37,095 bases of DNA from Oscillospiraceae bacterium (GTDB taxonomy: Bacteria; Bacillota; Clostridia; Oscillospirales; Oscillospiraceae): positions 1 through 37,095 of the forward strand of contig JAZLFI010000127.1 of assembly GCA_045615725.1 (NCBI GenBank), read 5' to 3'. The notes under the pieces were generated by a model. The model saw nothing but the letters and a program-made list of their open reading frames with translations. It did no database searches and was not told the DNA's origin. The position numbers and the translations under genes are program-made. Below, piece after piece: positions 1 through 6,747 of the stretch (positions are counted from its first letter, which is position 1; the number at the start of each line of letters is the position of its first letter).

Positions 1-318
1 AAGAACAGTGCCGAGGGAGTCGCCGTCGATAGCTGCAACAACGAGAACCTTGCAGCCGTTTGCGATCATGTTCTCAATCTGAGAAACCTGGGTGGGGATG
101 TCGTTTGCGCCATACTGGAGGTCAACCTGATAGCCAGCTGCTTCGAGCTGTGCCTTCATGTTGTCGCCGTCCTGGTTCCAACGCTGAAGATCCTTGGTGG
201 GCATGGAAACGCCGACCAGATCGCCGTCAGGGTTGGCAGCATCTTCGCCGCCGCCTGCGCATGCGCAGAGTGCGAAGACCATGAGAAGTGCCAGAAGAAG
301 TGCGATGTACTTTTTCAT
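1..318 (-). CDS. Sugar ABC transporter substrate-binding lipoprotein (periplasmic-binding-protein type 1, ChvE/XylF-like); N-terminal 106 codons only, 3' end leaves the window
   Basis: Absent from the ORF track because it is open at the window edge. Reverse-complement reading from ATG (318-316) gives MKKYIALLLALLMVFALCACAGGGEDAANPDGDLVGVSMPTKDLQRWNQDGDNMKAQLEAAGYQVDLQYGANDIPTQVSQIENMIANGCKVLVVAAIDGDSLGTVL. This shows a signal peptide with lipobox Cys, then the VGVSMP..QRW..QIENMI..G..VLVV pattern of monosaccharide-binding proteins. AAAGGAA RBS lies 7 nt upstream. Confidence 0.75.
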   Translation of the reverse strand, partial: MKKYIALLLALLMVFALCACAGGGEDAANPDGDLVGVSMPTKDLQRWNQDGDNMKAQLEAAGYQVDLQYGANDIPTQVSQIENMIANGCKVLVVAAIDGDSLGTVL

Positions 319-355
319 GTGTTTGTTCCTTTCTGAAAATTAACGTTTTTGTTTA

Positions 356-370
356 CTAAATAATTTAGCA
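356..370. promoter_or_regulatory. Operator-like palindrome CTAAAT-A-ATTTAG, part of an exact 15-mer shared with 526-540 in inverted orientation
   Basis: 356-368 is a perfect 13-bp palindrome. The reverse complement of 356-370 is TGCTAAATTATTTAG, identical to 526-540. It sits just downstream of the predicted minus-strand transcription start. Confidence 0.4.
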
Positions 371-384
371 AACCTTATAACTTC

Positions 385-413
385 ATTTTAGTTTTTTGAG
401 CATAATATGTCAA
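385..413 (-). promoter_or_regulatory. Sigma-A-like promoter for the sugar-binding protein gene
   Basis: On the minus strand: TTGACA (413-408), 17-nt spacer, TAAAAT (390-385). It lies about 65 nt upstream of the ATG at 318. Confidence 0.5.
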
Positions 414-525
414 GAAAAAAGGCAATATTGACAATTTTTCTACGTTCTTTCCATTTAGATGCCTTCGTTTTTGTGCAATATTTTGTATAAAACTAAGTCG
501 AGATGCACTAATTTAATTGCAAGAC

Positions 526-540
526 TGCTAAATTATTTAG
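526..540. promoter_or_regulatory. Operator-like palindrome CTAAAT-T-ATTTAG (second copy)
   Basis: TGCTAAATTATTTAG at 526-540. The core at 528-540 is a perfect palindrome. Confidence 0.4.
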
Positions 541-565
541 AAAGCCCATAAAATTCACTATATTC

Positions 566-593
566 TTGCATTTTTCTATAAATTATTTATAAT
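566..593 (+). promoter_or_regulatory. Candidate sigma-A promoter of the LacI-AEC-lipoprotein-ABC operon
   Basis: TTGCAT (566-571), 16-nt spacer, TATAAT (588-593). GGAGG RBS precedes the ATG at 627. Confidence 0.35.
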
Positions 594-613
594 ATTAACT
601 AAAGATTTAGTTA
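578..613. promoter_or_regulatory. Two further related palindromes overlapping the lacI-family operon promoter
   Basis: ATAAAT-T-ATTTAT at 578-590 is perfect. TAACTAAA-GA-TTTAGTTA at 596-613 has perfect 8-nt arms. Both share the TAAA..TTTA core with the sites at 356 and 528. Confidence 0.4.
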
Positions 614-626
614 CCGGAGGATTATC

Positions 627-1667
627 ATGGCAGGAGTTACATCAAAAGATATTGCTGCGCATCTCGGGCTTTCGCCCTCTGCGGTATCGTTTGCGCTGAA
701 CGGAAAGCCCGGTGTCAGTGATGAAACGCGAAAGCTGGTAATTGCAACGGCAGAGAAGATGGGCTATAGCTCGGCGAAGCTGGCCAATGCTATAAGCAAA
801 AGACAGCGAATCTGCTTTGTGTTTTACGTCAATCAGCTTGTAAGAATTGCAGAGAATACAACTTTTTCCACTTTTGTTCTTCAAGGCGCCGAGAATGCGG
901 CCTCTGCAAGAGGTTACAGCATCATGGTCAAATATGTGCATGCAGGCGAGTCCATAGCGAAACAGCTTGAAAATTCCGTCAATGAAGCGGACGGCTTTGT
1001 AATTCTGGGAACTGACCTTAATCAGGATTCAGAAGCAGAAATGAAGGAGTTTTCAAACTCTGTCGAGGGAAAGCCCGTTGTCATTATCGACAGCCCCCTC
1101 AATTTTGGCTTTGCCGATTGCGTTGTAAACGATAATTTCGGCGGTGCAAAAGCGGCAGCGAAGCATCTGCTGTCGCGCGGTTTCAGAAAAATCGGCTATA
1201 TCCGCTCAAAATACAGAATAAGCAACTTTGAACAGCGCGAAGCGGGATTAATCACCGCACTGAAAGAGGCGGGACTCGAGTGCTGTTCGGTAGTAGATAC
1301 CGAGGTTTCTTTTGACGAAGCGTTTAAGAGCATAGACGGTTATCTCAATACGGCAACCGAGCTGCCCGAGGCATTTTTCGCAGAAAATGACATTATAGCC
1401 TCTGCGGCAATAAGAGCCTTCAACGCCCACGGTATTGCAGTCCCTCATCAGATTTCAATAATGGGCTTTGACGATATCCCCATATGCGAGCTTACCGCCC
1501 CCGCACTTTCAACAGTGCATTCATTTAAGGAACAGCTGGGTGAAACAGCCGTAGACCTTCTTTCCATGAAATTCAGCAAGGTTTCTTCGGAAAGTGCTGA
1601 GGAAACAAGAGGCTGCAGAACCGTCAGCATATCCACGGGGCTTCATATACGTGACAGCGTAAAGTGA
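627..1667 (+). CDS. LacI-family transcriptional regulator
   Basis: N-terminal HTH VTSKDIAAHLGLSPSAVSFALNGKPGVSDETRKLVIATAEKMGY, followed by a periplasmic-binding-protein-like sugar-binding core (GFDD, STV motifs). GGAGG RBS lies 7 nt upstream. Confidence 0.9.
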   Translation: MAGVTSKDIAAHLGLSPSAVSFALNGKPGVSDETRKLVIATAEKMGYSSAKLANAISKRQRICFVFYVNQLVRIAENTTFSTFVLQGAENAASARGYSIMVKYVHAGESIAKQLENSVNEADGFVILGTDLNQDSEAEMKEFSNSVEGKPVVIIDSPLNFGFADCVVNDNFGGAKAAAKHLLSRGFRKIGYIRSKYRISNFEQREAGLITALKEAGLECCSVVDTEVSFDEAFKSIDGYLNTATELPEAFFAENDIIASAAIRAFNAHGIAVPHQISIMGFDDIPICELTAPALSTVHSFKEQLGETAVDLLSMKFSKVSSESAEETRGCRTVSISTGLHIRDSVK

Positions 1668-1682
1668 AAACGGGGTGATATT

Positions 1683-2597
1683 GTGATTGTTCATGTTCTG
1701 TATACTGCACTTCCCGTGTTTGCAGCCTTGTTTATCGGCATACTGTGCAGAAAGAGGAATATACTCAGCCGCGAGGGAATAGACGCGCTGAAAAAGCTTG
1801 CGGTTGACATAACATTGCCTGCGGTGCTGTTCACAGCCTTTGCAACGGCGGAATACAGCGCAAAAAATATGCTGATACCGCTGTTCGTGTTTGTGCTGTG
1901 CATAATCGCACTGTGTCTTGGCTTTCTGCTGAAAAAGCTTACAAAATGCGAAAGCAGGCTGATGCCGTTTCTGATGACGGGTTTTGAAGCGGGAATGCTC
2001 GGCTACGGCCTTTTTGCTTTGCTTTATCCGGGTCAGAGCAGTTCGAGCTTTGCAATTATTGACTTAGGTCAGGTGCTGTTCGTTTTCACTGTGTATAAAG
2101 GTATGCTTATGGGCAGGGGAAGCGGCAAGGAGCTTGTGAAGCAGGCTTTTTCCTCGCCCGTGCTCTGGGCGATAATCGCAGGCATGCTCTTCGGCATAAC
2201 GGGGCTTTACTCAGCTCTCAGACCATCGGGTGTCGCGGATATAATTGATAAGCTTGCCGAATTCATAGCCGCACCCACAAGCTGTCTTATTCTTATAAGT
2301 ATAGGTTATGACCTTGAATTTAAGGAAACCCCGTGGAAGCGGGTTATTTCCTATACCGCCCAGCGAGTTGCGGTAATGGCGGTAATCTTTGCACTTGCAC
2401 TGTTTGTAAACCGCAGTATATTCGGCGGAATTATGCACGAGGGTGCACTTTTGCTTATGTTTATTCTTCCCGCGCCTTACGTTCTCCCAATATTTACCGA
2501 TGCCGAGGGAGAGCGTACGGATATTTCGTCAACACTATCCGTCATGACTTTACTGAGCCTTGTGCTGTTCTCATTCATGGCGGCAATGACTATATGA
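1683..2597 (+). CDS. AEC (auxin efflux carrier) family permease
   Basis: 304 aa and polytopic. The N-terminus LPVFAALFIGILCRKRNILSREGIDALKKLAVDITLPAVLF is typical of AEC/malate-permease-like transporters. GTG start with GGGGTGA RBS, 15 nt after the LacI stop. Confidence 0.8.
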   Translation: MIVHVLYTALPVFAALFIGILCRKRNILSREGIDALKKLAVDITLPAVLFTAFATAEYSAKNMLIPLFVFVLCIIALCLGFLLKKLTKCESRLMPFLMTGFEAGMLGYGLFALLYPGQSSSSFAIIDLGQVLFVFTVYKGMLMGRGSGKELVKQAFSSPVLWAIIAGMLFGITGLYSALRPSGVADIIDKLAEFIAAPTSCLILISIGYDLEFKETPWKRVISYTAQRVAVMAVIFALALFVNRSIFGGIMHEGALLLMFILPAPYVLPIFTDAEGERTDISSTLSVMTLLSLVLFSFMAAMTI

Positions 2598-2607
2598 GGT
2601 GATAATT

Positions 2608-3513
2608 ATGAAAAAGCGAATAGTATCGTTTTTGCTTGCTCTGCTGACTGCGCTTTCGCTCACAGCCTGTGGCAGGTCATACGATAAAATTGAGCTGAGT
2701 GATAATCTGCCTGCCATTGAGTTTTCCGAAACCCACCGCTCGGGGAAACTTCCCGATGATGCGAAAGAGCAGAATTTAACAGACGTATATACCACCGAGA
2801 ATGAAGCCGCCTCCGACGTGTATGTTTACCGCTATGAAAAGGCGGAGGGAGAGACTCTTGACAGCTTCGGCGCCGCACAGGCGGAAGAGCATAAGGTCTT
2901 CTGCAATATGACTGAGTACGCAGGCTGCCCTGCGGCAAACGTAACGTATTATCAGAAGCTGGACGGCAGGGATTACATAGTCCGCTCGTTCATTTTTGAG
3001 GATGAAGCAGAGTTTATAAAGGTCTGCTTCATGCACAAGACAAAGGACTTAAAGCTCGGACAGAGCGCATTGTCGTTTAAGCTCATGAGCGGGTATACCG
3101 CATCCGCCAATAAGGACAGCGTTTTCCCCTTTGAGGAGGTCTATGAGTATGAAGACGAGTATCTTCCGACTGTGAGAGTCCGCCGCTGCGCAAAGGATTA
3201 TTTCACTGCCGATAAGTATGACGAAAATCTCATCCCCGGCACAAGCCGTGAGCATTTTGAAGCCTATGCCGTGGACGGCTGGAGTCTTGACGATGTAATC
3301 GCCGTTTACGGTGAAAACTACGAACTGCTCAAGGGCGAAAAGATAAACAGAAACGGCTTTGATATTGCGTTTATCGGCTATATAGATGAAGGCATTTTCT
3401 ATGTAAGAGCCTATATAGACTACGGCAACGAATACATTGTCCTCTGCGCCGAGAACGATGCTCCTCATTTCCAGCATGTAGTCAATGCACTTATAGATAC
3501 AATAAGCCAGTAA
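2608..3513 (+). CDS. Lipoprotein of unknown function
   Basis: MKKRIVSFLLALLTALSLTACG gives a signal peptide plus lipobox. The ATG at 2608 is preferred over the track GTG at 2599 because GAGGTGA (2596-2602) sits 5 nt upstream. I recognise no family motif. Confidence 0.7.
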   Translation: MKKRIVSFLLALLTALSLTACGRSYDKIELSDNLPAIEFSETHRSGKLPDDAKEQNLTDVYTTENEAASDVYVYRYEKAEGETLDSFGAAQAEEHKVFCNMTEYAGCPAANVTYYQKLDGRDYIVRSFIFEDEAEFIKVCFMHKTKDLKLGQSALSFKLMSGYTASANKDSVFPFEEVYEYEDEYLPTVRVRRCAKDYFTADKYDENLIPGTSREHFEAYAVDGWSLDDVIAVYGENYELLKGEKINRNGFDIAFIGYIDEGIFYVRAYIDYGNEYIVLCAENDAPHFQHVVNALIDTISQ

Positions 3514-3530
3514 GAAAGGAAACTTAGGAT

Positions 3531-5867
3531 ATGCCAAGAGGAATGCCTTCTCTCGGCCCGCGAGGCTACTTGACGGATGAAGAAAAACAGAATATGCCCA
3601 AGGTGACGAAGGAACTGCTTTTGCGGATTCTTTCCTATATGAAGCCTTACTGGGTGCAGTTTCTGTTCGTATTTATAACCATACTGCTTTCAGCGGTAGT
3701 GGGACTTCTGCCGTCCATAATCACGGGACGTATTGTTGATGAAGCTCTGGTAGGTGAAAATCTCGCCCTGCTCATAAAGCTTCTCATTGCTGCCTTCGGC
3801 GCTGTTGCGGTCAGCCAGATTGTAAACATCGTCGAAAGCTACATAAACGCATGGATATCCCAGCGCATAATCTTCGATATGAAGAACCAGATGTATAAGC
3901 ATCTGCTCTATATGCCCCATGCCTTCTTCACCACTGAAAAGCAGGGCGATATCATAACCCGAATGGACACCGATATCTCGGGTGTAAGCACGGTCATATC
4001 AGGAACACTGTCGTCCATTGTTTCAAATGTCGCAACAGTAATCACAACTCTTGTTGCGCTGTTTACAATGAGCTGGAAGCTTGCGATTGTCGGCATAATC
4101 GTCATACCGCTTCTTGTTCTGCCCACAAAGACCGTGGGCAAAACCCGATTTAAGCTCTTAACCGAGAGTCAGGCAAAGCGGGACGAGATGAATCAGGTCA
4201 TAAACGAAACCCTTTCCGTCAGCGGCTCAATGCTTGTAAAGATATTCACCCGCGAAGATAAGGAATATGATAACTTCGTAAAGATAAATGAGGAAGTAAC
4301 CCAGATTACCATGAAGGAACAGCGAAGCGGAAGCTGGTTCCGCGTGGCGTTGGGCATGTTCACTCAGATTGGCCCGCTTCTCATTTACTTTGCAGGTGGC
4401 CTGCTCATTATAAATAAGTATGACACAAGCCTTACCGTCGGTGTAATCACCGCAACGGTAGCCCTCATTAACCGCCTTTACAGACCTGTTGAGTCGCTTC
4501 TCAATATCGGAGTAGACTTTACCCGTTCGCTGGCACTGTTCACCCGTATTTTCGATTACTTTGACCGCGCGAATACAATCGTTTCACCCGAAAACGGCAA
4601 GACCCCCGAAGTCAAGGACAAGGATATCGTCTATAACCACGTTGCGTTCAGCTATAACGCGGAAAAGCCTATCCTCACCGATGTAAGCTTCACTGTTCCC
4701 GGAGGCAAAATGTATGCAATTGTCGGCCCCTCAGGCTCGGGCAAATCCACGGTTGTAAATTTCATTCCCCGCCTTTACGATGTGGACAGCGGCTCGGTTA
4801 CGATTAACGGCGTTGATACCCGCGACTTTGACCTTAAATATCTGCGCGAGCATATCGGCATAGTCACTCAGGATACATACCTCTTTAACGGCACAATACT
4901 TGATAACCTCAGGTATGCCAAGAACGACGCAACAATGGAAGAGATTGAAAATGCCTGCAAAATTGCAAGCATCCATGATCTAATTTCATCTCTGCCCGAC
5001 GGATATAATACCGAGGTCGGCAACCGCGGCTTGAAGCTCTCGGGCGGCGAGAAACAGCGCATTTCCATTGCCCGCGTAATTCTGAAAAACCCCGAAATCC
5101 TTATCCTTGACGAGGCAACCTCCGCCCTCGACAGCATATCCGAAAACGCAATTCAGGATGCACTTGAAACTATGATGGCGGGACGCACGAGTCTTGTAAT
5201 TGCACACAGACTTTCCACCATTTTGAAAGCTGATGCAATTCTGGTCGTCAAGGACGGCGTAATAAAAGAGCAGGGCACCCACGAAGAGCTCCTTGCCATG
5301 GGCGGAACTTACCGCGAGCTTTATGAAACCCAGTTCCGCACAGCCATTGACTATGAGGCAGGAGAGACCGACGGTCTTGACGTCGAAGCGTTCTCTACCG
5401 ATTATGAGGTACGCCGCATAAGCGAAGCTGATATATCCGACGTATATAACCTCTGCCGTCTGAACAGACGCTACTACCGAAATCTCCACGAAAGACCGTC
5501 AAAGAAGCGGCTCACCGAGGTTATAAGCGAGGTGCCCGAGGGAACCCAGCCCGAACAGAAGCACTTTGTGGGCTTTTTCAGCGGCGACGACCTCGTTGCA
5601 ATACTCAGTCTGATTACGGGTTACCCCGATGAAAAAGACGCATTTATCGGCTGGTTCATGGTGGATGCTGAAAGCCAGCGCAAGGGCATCGGCTCGCAGA
5701 TATTCGCCGACCTGCGTGCATCCATGAAAGCGCAGGGTTATGAGCGCATATCCCTCAAGTGCCCGCATGATAACACTGATGCACTGGCATTCTGGCAGAG
5801 TCAGGGCTTTACGGGAACAGTTTCCGAAGCTGATCCCGAAACCGAGCTTATGACAAGAGAAATCTGA
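3531..5867 (+). CDS. ABC exporter (MsbA-type TMD-NBD half transporter) fused to a C-terminal GNAT N-acetyltransferase domain
   Basis: Six-TM exporter domain, Walker A GPSGSGKST, signature LSGGEKQR, Walker B ILILDEATSALD and H-loop IAHRLST. The same frame then continues for ~154 aa (nt 5403-5864) with a GNAT core: FIGWFMVDAESQRKGIGSQIFADL...ALAFWQSQGF. Confidence 0.9.
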   Translation: MPRGMPSLGPRGYLTDEEKQNMPKVTKELLLRILSYMKPYWVQFLFVFITILLSAVVGLLPSIITGRIVDEALVGENLALLIKLLIAAFGAVAVSQIVNIVESYINAWISQRIIFDMKNQMYKHLLYMPHAFFTTEKQGDIITRMDTDISGVSTVISGTLSSIVSNVATVITTLVALFTMSWKLAIVGIIVIPLLVLPTKTVGKTRFKLLTESQAKRDEMNQVINETLSVSGSMLVKIFTREDKEYDNFVKINEEVTQITMKEQRSGSWFRVALGMFTQIGPLLIYFAGGLLIINKYDTSLTVGVITATVALINRLYRPVESLLNIGVDFTRSLALFTRIFDYFDRANTIVSPENGKTPEVKDKDIVYNHVAFSYNAEKPILTDVSFTVPGGKMYAIVGPSGSGKSTVVNFIPRLYDVDSGSVTINGVDTRDFDLKYLREHIGIVTQDTYLFNGTILDNLRYAKNDATMEEIENACKIASIHDLISSLPDGYNTEVGNRGLKLSGGEKQRISIARVILKNPEILILDEATSALDSISENAIQDALETMMAGRTSLVIAHRLSTILKADAILVVKDGVIKEQGTHEELLAMGGTYRELYETQFRTAIDYEAGETDGLDVEAFSTDYEVRRISEADISDVYNLCRLNRRYYRNLHERPSKKRLTEVISEVPEGTQPEQKHFVGFFSGDDLVAILSLITGYPDEKDAFIGWFMVDAESQRKGIGSQIFADLRASMKAQGYERISLKCPHDNTDALAFWQSQGFTGTVSEADPETELMTREI

Positions 5868-5909
5868 ATAAGAAAAAGACTTTACCTTAGGGTAAAGTCT
5901 TTTTCTTAT
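5868..5909. terminator. Bidirectional rho-independent terminator between the convergent ABC::GNAT and rlmA genes
   Basis: ATAAGAAAAAGACTTTACC-TTAG-GGTAAAGTCTTTTTCTTAT forms a perfect 19-bp stem with an A-run on the left and a T-run on the right. The right arm also encodes the last residues of rlmA. Confidence 0.7.
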
Positions 5910-6696
5910 ATACCAGTATTCCGAATTCAATCTGTGTTGTGAGCTTTTCTCCACTGAGAAGCTTTTTCTGATCATTTTCACCCGTCTTGTAATAATAGGG
6001 TGTCATCATGAAAAGGTCGCGTATAAGCTCAGAGTCCTCAATACATATCTCGTATTTAAGCTCTTCCGTCTTAATAAGCTCAAAGCCATCAAGCTCAAGT
6101 GTCGGCGCATCGTTTTCATAGGGCTCTGCGTATATTCGCGCCTTGAGCTCCCATAGATGTTTTTCAAGGGGAACGACTCTTATGAGATACCCGCCGTTTT
6201 TCAGCACACGGGAAAACTCATCAGCAAAAAGGGGAGAGAAAACGTTCAGCACAAGGTCGGCGCATTTGTCGGCAACGGGCATGGATGCAGTGCTGGCAAC
6301 GGCAAGGGAGAGAGCTTTGCTTCTCTTTGCCGCCGCAATAAGTGCGTCCTTTGATATGTCAATGCCGATGAGAGAGCAGTTTACGGCTTCCTGAATCTGC
6401 GCGCTGTAATATGCTTCTCCGCAGCCTGCATCGAGGATTACAGAGCGCTCAGTGCAGAGTGAAGCTGCGATTTCCTTAAGCTTTTCCGCAAGGGGAGCAT
6501 AGTACCCCGTGTTTAAAAACTCCGTTCTTGCGCGCACCATGAGCTTGTCGTCGCCGTGTCTGCCGCTTCCGCTGTTCATAAGCAGATTTACATAGCCGCT
6601 TTTAGCCTTGTCAAAGCAGTGCCCGTTTTCGCATATATATGATTTGCCGTTGTCAGAAAGCCCCGATTTACAAACGGGACAGATAAAGTCCGTCAT
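5887..6696 (-). CDS. rlmA: 23S rRNA (guanine-N1)-methyltransferase, RlmA family
   Basis: N-terminal Zn finger FICPVCKSGL...YICENGHCFDKAKSGYVNLL, SAM motif ILDAGCGEAYY and length 269 aa. The order is collinear with E. coli RlmA as I recall it. Confidence 0.85.
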   Translation of the reverse strand: MTDFICPVCKSGLSDNGKSYICENGHCFDKAKSGYVNLLMNSGSGRHGDDKLMVRARTEFLNTGYYAPLAEKLKEIAASLCTERSVILDAGCGEAYYSAQIQEAVNCSLIGIDISKDALIAAAKRSKALSLAVASTASMPVADKCADLVLNVFSPLFADEFSRVLKNGGYLIRVVPLEKHLWELKARIYAEPYENDAPTLELDGFELIKTEELKYEICIEDSELIRDLFMMTPYYYKTGENDQKKLLSGEKLTTQIEFGILVYKKKTLP

Positions 6697-6710
6697 AATT
6701 TTTCTCCGTA

Positions 6711-6744
6711 AATAAATCCCGCTGAATTATCAGCGGGATTTATT
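6711..6744 (-). terminator. Hairpin terminator/attenuator after the coiled-coil protein gene
   Basis: AATAAATCCCGCTGA-ATTA-TCAGCGGGATTTATT forms a perfect 15-bp stem. The downstream U-tract on the minus strand is weak, so read-through into rlmA is possible. Confidence 0.5.
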
Positions 6745-6747
6745 ATA

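Noticed and set aside
60-284. 74-aa plus-strand ORF at the left edge
   Set aside because: It lies antisense to the sugar-binding lipoprotein frame, which reads open to the window edge with a clean signal peptide. The product is Arg-rich and implausible.
5340-5410. Possibility that ABC::GNAT is two genes joined by a frameshift or read-through
   Set aside because: The frame is continuous, with no stop in the linker. There is no RBS plus start pair at the junction. The linker is a plausible acidic interdomain segment. Read-level confirmation is still recommended, as noted in the finding.
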